Assembly: GCF_900113635.1 (NCBI RefSeq)
Contig: NZ_FOQA01000003.1
Span: forward strand, 1 to 48,485
Direction: 5' to 3'
From: Tindallia magadiensis
GTDB taxonomy: Bacteria; Bacillota; Clostridia; Peptostreptococcales; Tindalliaceae
Length of the DNA stretch: 48,485 nt
Shown: one piece after another, positions 30,530 to 41,587 of the stretch
Position numbering within the stretch: position 1 is the stretch's first letter
Layout: the number at the start of each line of letters is the position of its first letter
Notes under the pieces: model-generated
What the model was told of the DNA's origin: nothing
What the model saw: only the letters and a program-made list of their open reading frames with translations
Database searches by the model: none
Made by a program: the position numbers and the translations under genes

Positions 30530-30558
30530 TTGTAAAATTCGGCAGAACATGCTATAAT
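30530..30558 (+). promoter_or_regulatory. SigA-type promoter candidate for tpl (TTGTAA-17-TATAAT, with TG-extended -10)
   Basis: ttgtaa at 30530-30535, a 17-nt spacer, and tgctataat at 30550-30558. About 135 nt upstream of the tpl start. Confidence 0.4.
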
Positions 30559-30691
30559 TTTAAGAAGATTGACATATTTGTTGCAAATTCCTGGCTAAAA
30601 ACTTCGAGGAATCCGGAAAGAGGGGGGGCATAACGGTCCGGAGTGGTAACGTGAAAAGATAACTTACTCTAAAAGAAAGCAAGGTGAATAA

Positions 30692-32068
<1,377 letters not shown>

Positions 32069-32083
32069 ATACTAATAACAAAA

Positions 32084-32126
32084 AGGCGCCAATTGCTCAA
32101 GGATGAGTGATGGCGTCTTTTTTTTT
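32084..32126 (+). terminator. Intrinsic terminator after tpl
   Basis: aggcgcca ... tggcgtct stem followed by a 9-T run. Confidence 0.5.
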
Positions 32127-32249
32127 GCTAAAAACAGGGGAGCTGATTGTTCAGAATCCGTAAGGGTATCTTTAGAAGAAGCAAGGATCTACTAAGAAGT
32201 AAAAAGAGAGGTGTGCTTAAGTGCATTCAAAAGTTGCGGAGGTGGTGGA

Positions 32250-33449
32250 ATGAACATATATGCGGCTCGTCAGCCTATTTTCACTAGGAAGGAAGAAGTT
32301 TTTGGCTATGAACTGCTGCACCGAAAAACAGAAGAAAATCGGTTTATGGGGACGGACCACACAGAAGCAACAGCAGAACTGATTAACAACACTTTTCTAA
32401 GTATTGGTATACAAGAATATTCCAGTAATAAAAGGCTCTTTATTAATTTCTCCAGAGATTTGATTGTCAGCAAAGTGCCGATGCTTTTGCCAAAAGAGCT
32501 GATCGTTGTTGAAATTCTAGAAGATGTTGAAATAGACAAAGAGTTGGTAGAAGCCTGTCAGGAACTAAAGGAAGCTGGATATCTTTTAGCACTGGATGAT
32601 TTTGTTTTTCGAGAAGGCTACGAAGAACTGATTCCTCTAGCAAGCATTATTAAAACAGAATACGGCAGCTATTCGCCGGCAGAACATCAGAAATTGGTTC
32701 AGCAGTATGGAAACAAAATTTTGTTGGTGGAAAGAGTGGAAACAAGAGAGGAATTTGAAGAGCTGGTAGGGTATGGATACCATCTTTTTCAAGGATTTTT
32801 TTTCAGCAAACCAATTATGATGAAAGGGAAGGAAGTACCACCCTTTAACCCGGTTTTATTGCAAGTGATCGAAGAACTCAATAAAGAAGATCCACGATAC
32901 GATCTGATTGCACAAAAAATAGAGAATGACCTTTCGCTGACCTATAAATTTTTAAAACTAGCCAATACCATTCAATTCGGTTCAAAATTTCCTGTTGATA
33001 CAGCCAAGGAAGCCATGGTGAGAATAGGCTTAGAAAGCATTCGGAAATGGATTTATATTTTGATGTTACAGGATATAAAATTCAACCAAAATAGCGAAAT
33101 GATTACCAACAGCTTAATACGAGCAAAAATGATGGAAATGATTGCTGAGCATCAAAAGAATAAAAAAAGCCACTTCTTTTTAGCTGGATTGTTTTCTGAA
33201 CTAGATGCCATTACGGGAAAACCCTTTGAAATTCTGGCAGAGGAGTTACCTTTATCTCCTGAGGTGGAAAAAGCGTTACTCCGAAAAGGTGGCAAAGTGA
33301 TGGAAATGCTTTACTACATTTTGAACTTTGAGAAGGGAAAATTGGTCAGTCGGGATTATGTGTTGAAAAATGGAAAAGAAGAACTGAATCTATCCGATGT
33401 GTATCAGTATTCCATTGAATGGTCCAATAAACTGTTAGAACTGAAATAA
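32250..33449 (+). CDS. EAL-domain + HDOD-domain signalling protein
   Basis: N-terminal EAL-like domain (QPIFTRKEEVFGYELLHR ... VVEILED ... LALDDFV). C-terminal HDOD-like region. RBS ggaggtggtgg with ATG 32250. The track start 32211 is upstream of the RBS. Confidence 0.65.
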   Translation: MNIYAARQPIFTRKEEVFGYELLHRKTEENRFMGTDHTEATAELINNTFLSIGIQEYSSNKRLFINFSRDLIVSKVPMLLPKELIVVEILEDVEIDKELVEACQELKEAGYLLALDDFVFREGYEELIPLASIIKTEYGSYSPAEHQKLVQQYGNKILLVERVETREEFEELVGYGYHLFQGFFFSKPIMMKGKEVPPFNPVLLQVIEELNKEDPRYDLIAQKIENDLSLTYKFLKLANTIQFGSKFPVDTAKEAMVRIGLESIRKWIYILMLQDIKFNQNSEMITNSLIRAKMMEMIAEHQKNKKSHFFLAGLFSELDAITGKPFEILAEELPLSPEVEKALLRKGGKVMEMLYYILNFEKGKLVSRDYVLKNGKEELNLSDVYQYSIEWSNKLLELK

Positions 33450-33452
33450 AGA

Positions 33453-33492
33453 AGCGCCAGGGATAATGTTTTTTATCCGTGGCGCTTTTTTC
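33453..33492. terminator. Bidirectional terminator between convergent genes
   Basis: gcgccagggata...tatccgtggcgc (12-bp stem, 1 mismatch), flanked by an A-run on the left and a T-run on the right. Confidence 0.6.
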
Positions 33493-33904
33493 GATAGGTA
33501 TTTACAGAAAGAACGATGGTGAGAGCAGCGGCAATGAGGACTGCAATTAAAACAGCTTCCACGCCTTGTTGCATCGCTCTTTCATAGTTTTGCTCCAAAA
33601 GGGAAAGCATTGTATAATAAACACCAAAGCCAGGAACTAAAGGAATAATGCCAGGCACCAGATATAAGGTGGCTGGCTGTTTTTCCATAACAGCAAAGAA
33701 TTCACCTAGAACGGCAATGCCCATAGAAGCAATAAGGGTAGAAATTACAACGGACAGATTCAGCTGAATCATGGAATAATAAATGGCCCATCCCACGCCA
33801 CCGCTGAAGCCAGCTTTTATGACGGAAGCTTTGGGGACATTAAAAAGTACGGCAAAGCCTACAGAACACATAAATCCATAGATGAAATTAAGAAAATAAA
33901 TCAT
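33473..33904 (-). CDS. Threonine/serine exporter family protein, C-terminal half (DUF3815, YjjB-like)
   Basis: 143-aa four-TM protein. Start overlaps the stop of the upstream DUF1212 gene (ATGA). Confidence 0.65.
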   Translation of the reverse strand: MIYFLNFIYGFMCSVGFAVLFNVPKASVIKAGFSGGVGWAIYYSMIQLNLSVVISTLIASMGIAVLGEFFAVMEKQPATLYLVPGIIPLVPGFGVYYTMLSLLEQNYERAMQQGVEAVLIAVLIAAALTIVLSVNTYRKKRHG

Positions 33905-34680
33905 AGGATCATCCTTTCAGCTAATCGCCATATCTGCAAAGAAGCACCTACTCCAAAAGCGATAGAAACAGCAATGATAACAGCTTCGGCGGCTCTTGCC
34001 AAACCGGAAAGCAAATCCCCCAGAATAGAATCACGAATAGCATTAGTAATAGCCACTCCGGGAACCATCACCATAATGGCACCAATAATAATTTTATCAA
34101 TATCAACCAGTGTAGAGAAGGAAGCAAAAAAGCTGGCGATGGTTGCTAGTAAAAAACCACCCAGAATATTAGCCAGGAAGACGGGCATTTTTGCGCTGCT
34201 CAGGTTTGTTAAAAACCAAGTAATGATCAAACCGGTGACAAAAGCAAGGGAAGCTTCTAAAAGTGTAGCTTGAAACAGCAGGGCAAAAAAACCACCGATA
34301 ATGCCACCAGAAAAAGAGCGGGTAGCAACGTGGTAGCTAGAACAATGGTCAATTTTTTTTAACTGATTCATCGCTTCTTCTATAGCAATCTCTTGATTGA
34401 CAAAAGCTCTTGAAAATTCATTTACCATAGCCACCTTATGAAGATTGATGCTTCTTTCGTGAACCCTTTTTATATAAGAAGCCATTTTGTCCTCTGTGTT
34501 TTTAGCATCAATGCTAACAAAAATACCGGTAGGGATCACAAAGGTTTCCACATAAGAAAAGCCTCTGGAATGACAGAGCCTTGTAATGGTATCTTCCACC
34601 CGGTAGGTTTCAGCACCGTTCTTTAACATAATTTCTCCTGCATAAACAGCGATGATTAAAACTTGTTTTTTTGAGTCCAT
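33901..34680 (-). CDS. Threonine/serine exporter family protein, N-terminal half (DUF1212, YjjP/ThrE-like)
   Basis: Soluble N-terminal region followed by five TM segments. Paired with the DUF3815 gene, as in the split ThrE arrangement. Confidence 0.65.
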   Translation of the reverse strand: MDSKKQVLIIAVYAGEIMLKNGAETYRVEDTITRLCHSRGFSYVETFVIPTGIFVSIDAKNTEDKMASYIKRVHERSINLHKVAMVNEFSRAFVNQEIAIEEAMNQLKKIDHCSSYHVATRSFSGGIIGGFFALLFQATLLEASLAFVTGLIITWFLTNLSSAKMPVFLANILGGFLLATIASFFASFSTLVDIDKIIIGAIMVMVPGVAITNAIRDSILGDLLSGLARAAEAVIIAVSIAFGVGASLQIWRLAERMIL

Positions 34681-34967
34681 TTCATTCTCTCCTTACACTC
34701 CCTATTGTACAGCCAGAGGGAAAAACTGGCAAGGGGTGAGCCTATTATCATAACTTTCTGAAGTGGATAAAGACTGTTTTTTATGAGAGTAATAGCAAGT
34801 AAAAAAACATTCGCATTGATATTCTTAATGAGAAAGCAAAAAGAGATAAACAATCTTTATTGGAATACCGAAGGATTTAAGTGATACACTTATCAGTGGA
34901 TTGATAAAATTCTATCTTTCCATAAGCGAAAAAAGCATAAGTAAAAAAGACTCAAAGGAGCTTTCAA

Positions 34968-36755
34968 ATGAAAATAAGCATTGTATCTGGTTTCTTAGGT
35001 GCTGGAAAAACCACATTTCTGACAAAAATACTGCCTCTTGTGCAAGAGAAAGTTGGTATTATTGAAAATGAAGTTGGCGATGTCAGCATTGATGGATATG
35101 CATTTGAAAAAGATTTTCGAGTGACGGAGGTTTTTGGTGGCTGTATTTGCTGCACCGTTGCTAAAGACCTAAAAAAGGCTGTTTTGTACCTAATGGAGGA
35201 AGAAAAAGTAGAACATATCTGGATAGAACCCTCTGGCATTGCTCATTTATCGGCTATTCTAAAAGCATTAAGCGATATAGAAACACAGTTAGAGATATCC
35301 TTTGACTATCAGCCAGCAATCGTTTTAGTAGATGTCAAGGATTTTAATGATTACCATCAGTCGATGGGAAGTTTTTATACCGATCAAATTCAACACGCTG
35401 ATATCATTCTGCTAAGTCGGTTTTGCGACGAAAAACCAGAAGAGATGGATCGAATCATTGGAAAACTTCGTCAACATAATCCAGAAGCCTCCATTCTTCA
35501 GGAAGAGTGGTTAACCATGGAAAATGTCTTATTGGAAACCTTGCTAAAGGAAAATCAACTAAAGACAAAGAAGACAGCCTTATCCCTGGACAGTGGGCAG
35601 GAAAACGTGGACAGTTCCGATACGCTGGAAAAGACCACTCTTAAAAAAGCAAAAGCTTTTACTCAAGAAGCCTTACAAGTGTTGGAATCGAAGTTTCTTG
35701 AGAATGAATGGGGGAATGTGTGCCGAGCAAAAGGTCACTTAAATACACCAGAGGGAAAAACCATTCATTTTAACTATACGCCTGGACGTTTTTGCTGGGA
35801 ACTTCAAGATGCATTTATCCCTTCGGCACTTACCGTAATTGGTAAGTCCTTGGAAAAGGAAAAAATTCATGAGTATTTCTACGAGAAAAAAATCCATGAT
35901 TTTCCCTGTCAAAACAATGATATGGCCGGCCTTCCAGAAATTGTGATCAATGAATTGAACCTTGCTTTTCCCCAGGCTTATCAGGAAAGTGAAGCGATGA
36001 TGCAAATTGCCTTATCCTTAAAAAAATATGCAGGAAGCCCTCATTGCGAACTCCCTTTTTGCCATACCGTGGAAGGAGAAGCCCTTGGAGCGAGAATTCG
36101 ATATGGAGATGAAACGGTTGGGCCACGCAGTGGAGAAGCCGTATGCCAAAGTGCAGAAGATCTGCTGGCTTTACCGCCCATGAATTTTACTCAAGGTAGA
36201 ATATCAGCACTGCTACAGGCTTGTAATAAATTGACAGAACAGGGAGAAAAAGTTGTTCTGTATCTGTCAGGCCCACTCACTATTTTGAATACCCTTATGG
36301 ATGCTCGGGTGTTGTTTAAGGAAATAAAACGCAAACCGGACCAGATGAATCGTGTTTTCGACTTTTTAAGAGGAGAAACGCTTCGATTTATCAAAGAAGC
36401 TCAGAAAAATGGAGTGACTCTTTTTAGTTACGGAGATTCCGTTGGCGGTGCGAATATTATTGGTCCTCATTTGTCAGAAAAAATAACAACCCAATACACC
36501 TATCCATTGATGAAAACCATCGATACTCAAATGTTATCAGAAAACTCAATGATGATCCTATGCCCTAAAACTGCCTATGCCTTGGTAGGCACTGGATATG
36601 CTCACTGGGAAGATTTTTTTCTATCAGAACCAATGCATTACAGTGAGGGATGTTTGGAGGCGGTATCAAGCTTTAATTTTGCAGGTCAAATGTGCATTAA
36701 AAACAGATCTTTTTACTTAGAAAATAAAATACTAAAAGGACTTCGTCTAGAATAA
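34968..36755 (+). CDS. Fusion: CobW/COG0523 G3E GTPase (with CobW_C) + degenerate URO-D-like (MtaA/CmuA family) domain
   Basis: Walker A GFLGAGKTT. Metal-binding GCICCT (CxCC). Switch/base motifs. CobW_C-like CRAKGHLN...FCWE. Residues from about 300 to 595 align collinearly with the three downstream URO-D-family methyltransferases (PFCHTVEGEALGA...YGD; VTLFSYGDSVGG...P.L...YTYPLMKTI). The HxC zinc-ligand motif, which is HICG in all three paralogs, is ILCP here. Confidence 0.7.
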   Translation: MKISIVSGFLGAGKTTFLTKILPLVQEKVGIIENEVGDVSIDGYAFEKDFRVTEVFGGCICCTVAKDLKKAVLYLMEEEKVEHIWIEPSGIAHLSAILKALSDIETQLEISFDYQPAIVLVDVKDFNDYHQSMGSFYTDQIQHADIILLSRFCDEKPEEMDRIIGKLRQHNPEASILQEEWLTMENVLLETLLKENQLKTKKTALSLDSGQENVDSSDTLEKTTLKKAKAFTQEALQVLESKFLENEWGNVCRAKGHLNTPEGKTIHFNYTPGRFCWELQDAFIPSALTVIGKSLEKEKIHEYFYEKKIHDFPCQNNDMAGLPEIVINELNLAFPQAYQESEAMMQIALSLKKYAGSPHCELPFCHTVEGEALGARIRYGDETVGPRSGEAVCQSAEDLLALPPMNFTQGRISALLQACNKLTEQGEKVVLYLSGPLTILNTLMDARVLFKEIKRKPDQMNRVFDFLRGETLRFIKEAQKNGVTLFSYGDSVGGANIIGPHLSEKITTQYTYPLMKTIDTQMLSENSMMILCPKTAYALVGTGYAHWEDFFLSEPMHYSEGCLEAVSSFNFAGQMCIKNRSFYLENKILKGLRLE

Positions 36756-36822
36756 TTCTTGAGTCGAACAATAAAAAGCAAAGAGAGTAAGAAATAAAGA
36801 AAACAAGGGAAGGGGTTTTTGG

Positions 36823-37893
36823 ATGCACAAAAATGATTCGATGACACCGAATGAACGCTTAGCTGCTTTTATGACAGGTAAGCCGATGGATCGAAGCTTG
36901 GCTATTCCGGTCGTTTGTTCTATGTCAGGGCAGGCGATGGGAATCAGTCATAAAGAAAAACGGAGCTCAGCAGAAAAAGAAGCAGCAGCACAAATAGCTT
37001 GCTACGAACGGTTTGGAAATGATCTGGCTATTGTAGATTATGGACTTCATGGCGTAGGTATGGCTTTGGGAAGCAAAATGAATGATCCGGAAGATGACGT
37101 TCCAGCTATTACAAAATACGCATTAGAGAATTTGGATCAGGCAGATTCTTTGGACATGAGCCGGTTATCGTCAGTGAATGACTTAAAACTGGAGATGCAT
37201 TTGAAGACAGCGAAAATACTTATTAAAGAGATTGGCCATGAAGTTCCTACGGGAGTATTGATATCTGGGCCTTTTACAGCGGCGGCCAGCCTGTATCCTA
37301 TCGAAAAATTACTTCGCTCCACACGAAAATCACCTGAAAAACTTCATCGATTGATCCATTTTTGTAACGAAGGGCTGAAGCAAATATATAAAGAGTTTAT
37401 TGAAGCTGGTGTGTTGATTCTTATGTGTGATCCAATTGCTTCAGGGACAATTTTGCATCGCCAACAATATTTGGATTTCGTACTGCCCTATACAGTAGAT
37501 TTAATTGAAACAATCCATGAGGCGGGTGGTATGGTCTGCTATCATATTTGTGGGGATACGACGGCTATTATTGGTGATATGGCTGGTTCCGGATGTGACA
37601 TGCTAAGTGTGGATAATCGGGTAGACCTTGAGCATACTAAAAAAGTAGCCGGCGAGATCCTGCCAATTCTAGGAAATGTAGATCCTGTGGAAGTAATGCA
37701 TCTTGGTTCGACGGAGGATGTAGACAATGCTGTGAAAGCATGCTTTCAAAAGGCTTATGACGCTAAATGCGGGTATATACTAGCTTCCGGCTGTGATTTA
37801 AATGGAAGCCTTCCTTTAGAAAATATCGATCAATTTATGGAATCTGCCCGTAAGTATGGGAAATGGCCTTTGGATCCTGAAAACTTTCGTTAA
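36823..37893 (+). CDS. URO-D-family methylcobamide methyltransferase (MtaA/CmuA family) paralog 1
   Basis: MTPNERLAAF N-terminus. Zinc motif YHICGD plus a downstream SGCD. RBS gggaagggg. Confidence 0.8.
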   Translation: MHKNDSMTPNERLAAFMTGKPMDRSLAIPVVCSMSGQAMGISHKEKRSSAEKEAAAQIACYERFGNDLAIVDYGLHGVGMALGSKMNDPEDDVPAITKYALENLDQADSLDMSRLSSVNDLKLEMHLKTAKILIKEIGHEVPTGVLISGPFTAAASLYPIEKLLRSTRKSPEKLHRLIHFCNEGLKQIYKEFIEAGVLILMCDPIASGTILHRQQYLDFVLPYTVDLIETIHEAGGMVCYHICGDTTAIIGDMAGSGCDMLSVDNRVDLEHTKKVAGEILPILGNVDPVEVMHLGSTEDVDNAVKACFQKAYDAKCGYILASGCDLNGSLPLENIDQFMESARKYGKWPLDPENFR

Positions 37894-37912
37894 TATTTTA
37901 AGCCCTGGGAGG

Positions 37913-38590
37913 ATGAAAAAAGTGAGTAATCATATAGAATTATCAAAAGAAGCATTTCTAAAAAAATTATCAGATCATGTGGTGGAAATGGAAGAGGAAG
38001 AAGTAATAGAGACCTGTGAAGCTTATTTGGAAGCAGGATTTCCGGCCTTTGATGCCATTATGGAAGGCTTGGTAGATGGGATGAACCGAGCCAGTATCCT
38101 TTTTGATGAAGAAGAATATTTTGTGACAGACATATTACTTTGTTCCGATGCTATGTACGAAGGCTTAGAAGTTTTACGGCCGCATTTACCGGAAGAAACG
38201 GCCAATCAGATAAAGCATAAGGGTGTTATTGGAGTAGTGGAAGGTGATACCCATGATATTGGAAAAAACCTAGTGAAGATCATGCTGGAAACAGCCGGTT
38301 TTGATATGATAGATTTAGGGAGAGATGTTCCACTGCAAAAGTTTGTAGAAACAGCAAAAGAAGAAGGAGCAACCTTTATCTGTATGTCTACCCTGATGAC
38401 AACCACGATGCAGGGAATGAAAAGGGTGATAGAACTATTAGAAGAAGCTGGCATTCGAGATCAGGTAAAAGTGATTGTAGGAGGAGGTCCGCTGTCTAAA
38501 AAGTTTGCAGACAGTATCGGTGCGGATGGGTATTCCACGAATGCGGTAGAAGCGGTTAAACTGATGAAAAGGCTTATTCAGGTAGCCTAA
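37913..38590 (+). CDS. B12-binding corrinoid protein (MtaC/MtbC-like)
   Basis: N-terminal helical cap followed by a Rossmann B12-binding domain with GDTHDIGKNLV (DxHxxG) and the ...CMSTLMTTT S-x-L region. Alternative GTG start at 37922 is better spaced from the GGGAGG RBS. Confidence 0.85.
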   Translation: MKKVSNHIELSKEAFLKKLSDHVVEMEEEEVIETCEAYLEAGFPAFDAIMEGLVDGMNRASILFDEEEYFVTDILLCSDAMYEGLEVLRPHLPEETANQIKHKGVIGVVEGDTHDIGKNLVKIMLETAGFDMIDLGRDVPLQKFVETAKEEGATFICMSTLMTTTMQGMKRVIELLEEAGIRDQVKVIVGGGPLSKKFADSIGADGYSTNAVEAVKLMKRLIQVA

Positions 38591-38624
38591 AGATAAGGAA
38601 GTAGTTTAGAGAGGAGGCAGGACC

Positions 38625-39641
38625 GTGACACCTAAGAGTCGGTTAGAAGCCGTTTTATCCGGGGAGCAGACAGACAGACCTCCCTGTATTTGTCCAGGTG
38701 GCATGATGAACCTGGTAGTGAGTGAATTGTTGGAAAAAAGTAATATTCATTTTATAGAGGCTCATCATAATGCGACGGTAATGGCAGAGATTGCCGATGC
38801 GGTATACAGAGAAAACTGCTTTGAAAACTATGGCGTTCCCTTTTGCATGACCGTCGAAGCGGAAGAAATGGGAGCCTTAGTAGATTATGGTGACAATCAT
38901 TGTGAACCTCATGTTACTCACTATGTGATTCAATCCGTTGATGACTGGCAATTACTTCAAACCCCAACAACAAAAGGCGGCAGGTCGAAAGTGGTACTCG
39001 ATGCGTTACAAATCTTAAAAGAAAAAAATCCGGAGGTGCCGGTGATCGGAAATATTACTGGCCCTATTAGTACGGCCAGCTCGGTGATGGAGCCGGTGGT
39101 ATTTTATAAGGAACTGCGTAAAAAAAATCGCAAAGCTCATGAAATGATGGCCTTTGTAACAGAAAAACTGATTCAATTTGCCGTTCAACAGGTGGAGGCC
39201 GGGGCAGAGGTGATTGCGATTTCAGATCCCAGCGGTACGGGAGAAATCATGGGCCCAAAACTCTTTGAAGAATTTACGGTTCCTTATCTGAATCAATTGG
39301 TGGAGGTGATTCGAGATAAAGGAGCTGTCAGTATTGTTCATATTTGTGGACAGATGAAACAAGTATACCCTCAAATAGACCTGGTCAAAAGTGATGTGCT
39401 TAGTTTTGACTCTGTGGTGGCGATGAAGGATGCAAAGAAAAATTTGCCTGAAAGATTGATTATGGGCAATGTCAGCACATTTTCTATTGAATTTGCAACA
39501 CCGGATAAAGTGATGAGCTTAACACAAAGCTGCCTTCGCTCCGGAGCTGATATCATCTCGCCGGCTTGTGGTCTTGGCATGAATTCGCCTCTGGAAAATG
39601 TTCAGGCCATGCTGAAAAGCCTTAAAGAAAGTGGGCGATAG
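38625..39641 (+). CDS. URO-D-family methyltransferase (MtaA/CmuA family) paralog 2
   Basis: MTPKSRLEAV N-terminus. VHICGQ and ISPACG zinc ligands. GTG start with RBS gaggagg. Confidence 0.8.
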   Translation: MTPKSRLEAVLSGEQTDRPPCICPGGMMNLVVSELLEKSNIHFIEAHHNATVMAEIADAVYRENCFENYGVPFCMTVEAEEMGALVDYGDNHCEPHVTHYVIQSVDDWQLLQTPTTKGGRSKVVLDALQILKEKNPEVPVIGNITGPISTASSVMEPVVFYKELRKKNRKAHEMMAFVTEKLIQFAVQQVEAGAEVIAISDPSGTGEIMGPKLFEEFTVPYLNQLVEVIRDKGAVSIVHICGQMKQVYPQIDLVKSDVLSFDSVVAMKDAKKNLPERLIMGNVSTFSIEFATPDKVMSLTQSCLRSGADIISPACGLGMNSPLENVQAMLKSLKESGR

Positions 39642-39642
39642 A

Positions 39643-41445
39643 ATGCAAGAAATTTTAATTCAAAATCTTAATAAGCGTATTAAAATGGATCCTCATAAAA
39701 ATCTAATGACACAGCTGATGGAACATCAGATCTTTATCGATCATCCCTGCAATGGAAAAGGAACCTGTAGAAAATGTCGTGTACGGATTGTGAAAGGTGA
39801 CGTGACGACGTTAACGGAAACAGAAAAGCAACATCTGTCCTCCGGAGAATTGGCAGAAGGCATACGATTAGCCTGCTTAATCTACCCTCTGACGGAAATG
39901 ACGGTGGAAACCTTACAGAAAGAAGCCGCTTGCCAGGTGCTAACGCAGGGGGCATTACCGGAATTTGAATATCACCCGTCAATAGAAAAAAAGAAAATAC
40001 AGTTGCAACGACCAAGTCTGGAAAATCAGACGTCTATGGAAGAGAGCTTGCTGAAGGCAGCAAAGGCACAAAGTGTTGACTGGGAACTGTTGCATCCAAT
40101 GCCGCCTTATCAGAAAATGCTAACCACCGTATGCCGTTATGGTCATTGCTACCAGTTGGAAGAAGGCGATACAGCGGACCAACTTTATGGCATTGCCGTG
40201 GATATAGGAACGACAACGATCGCTGCTTCTTTGGTTAATATAAGAACCGGTGCAGAACTGGGCGTCACTTCCATGATTAACCCTCAGCATTGCTATGGCT
40301 CTGATGTGTTGACTCGTATTACCTATCAAATTGAAAATCCGGAAACAGCCGTACAGGCAATGCAAAAAACGCTTGTTGGAAAGCTGGAGGAAGCGATGAT
40401 CGATCTTTGTCAAACACTTCAGATCAATCCGGCCCATGTATATGAAATGACAGTGGCAGCGAATACCACCATGCTTCATACATTGTTGGGAATCAGTGCA
40501 GAGTCTATTGGTATTTCGCCCTATGCACCTGCCTTTATAACGTCAAAAGATCTGAAGGCAGCAGCCATTGGATTCCAGAAAATGCCAGCAATGAATATTT
40601 ATTGCCTACCCTCTGTGTCGGCCTATATAGGAGCGGACATTGTTGCAGGGGTTTTTTCATGTCAATTACAACAGCGAAAAGAAACCAGGTTACTAATTGA
40701 TATTGGTACCAATGGTGAAATGGTCTTATCTCATGAAGGAAAACTAAGTGCCTGTTCCTGTGCCGCCGGACCGGCCTTGGAGGGGATGAACATCAGCAAT
40801 GGAATGAGAGCGGCTAAAGGAGCCATTGAGGATATTGAAATAGATCGTTCAGAGATAAAATTAAAAGTCATTGAAAATGCAGAGCCGGTGGGTCTTTGCG
40901 GCAGTGGTATTTTGGCGGCTACGAAAGAATTATTGCGGAGTGGTATGGTAAAGAAAAACGGTGCATTTATCAAGAAAACAGAGTTGGAAGAAGATCATCC
41001 TTTATACCAACGACTTCATATCAATGGAAAGAAACGAGAGTTTTTGATAGCCGAAGGAAATCAGCCCATTTATATTACCCAATCGGATATTCGGCAGGTT
41101 CAATTAGCCAAAGGAGCTCTATTATCAGGCTTCTATGCTCTTTTGGATCAGGCGGGAATTACCATTGATCAATTAGACGAAATCATTGTAGCCGGACAGT
41201 TCGGAGCACATTTGTCAGCGGATCATTTAGTCGAAACTGGCATTTTGCCCAGAGAAACCAAGGAAAAAATCAGCTATGCTGGAAACACATCTAAGACCGG
41301 AGCTTACATGGCCTTGATGGCTGTTGATGCACGAAAGACAATGGAAAACCTTGCTCAAGAAATTCAATATAAAGAACTAAGCACACATCCTGATTATGAA
41401 AAACTTTTTCGAGATTCTCTAGAATTTCCAAAGTTAGAAGATTAG
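39643..41445 (+). CDS. Reductive activator of corrinoid protein (RACo): 2Fe-2S ferredoxin + ASKHA ATPase
   Basis: N-terminal CNGKGTCRKCRV...C plant-type 2Fe-2S. ASKHA phosphate-binding motifs DIGTTTIAASL and DIGTNGEMVL. Size about 600 aa. Start alternatives 39631 (GTG) or 39643 (ATG). Confidence 0.8.
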   Translation: MQEILIQNLNKRIKMDPHKNLMTQLMEHQIFIDHPCNGKGTCRKCRVRIVKGDVTTLTETEKQHLSSGELAEGIRLACLIYPLTEMTVETLQKEAACQVLTQGALPEFEYHPSIEKKKIQLQRPSLENQTSMEESLLKAAKAQSVDWELLHPMPPYQKMLTTVCRYGHCYQLEEGDTADQLYGIAVDIGTTTIAASLVNIRTGAELGVTSMINPQHCYGSDVLTRITYQIENPETAVQAMQKTLVGKLEEAMIDLCQTLQINPAHVYEMTVAANTTMLHTLLGISAESIGISPYAPAFITSKDLKAAAIGFQKMPAMNIYCLPSVSAYIGADIVAGVFSCQLQQRKETRLLIDIGTNGEMVLSHEGKLSACSCAAGPALEGMNISNGMRAAKGAIEDIEIDRSEIKLKVIENAEPVGLCGSGILAATKELLRSGMVKKNGAFIKKTELEEDHPLYQRLHINGKKREFLIAEGNQPIYITQSDIRQVQLAKGALLSGFYALLDQAGITIDQLDEIIVAGQFGAHLSADHLVETGILPRETKEKISYAGNTSKTGAYMALMAVDARKTMENLAQEIQYKELSTHPDYEKLFRDSLEFPKLED

Positions 41446-41587
41446 AAGAAGAGGAAGGACTACACCTATTACGTTTTTCGATCAGGAAGGAAGATTTGAT
41501 TCAAAATATTAATTTAACGAAGCGGAAAACCTATGCTAGAATAAGTACTTGGTGGAAGGACAACCCTCAACGGAAAGGAGAGGAATC

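Noticed and set aside
32250-33449. Calling the EAL domain catalytically active or inactive
   Set aside because: The signature reads EIL and other catalytic residues cannot be scored reliably without an alignment. Left as an EAL-HDOD signalling protein only.
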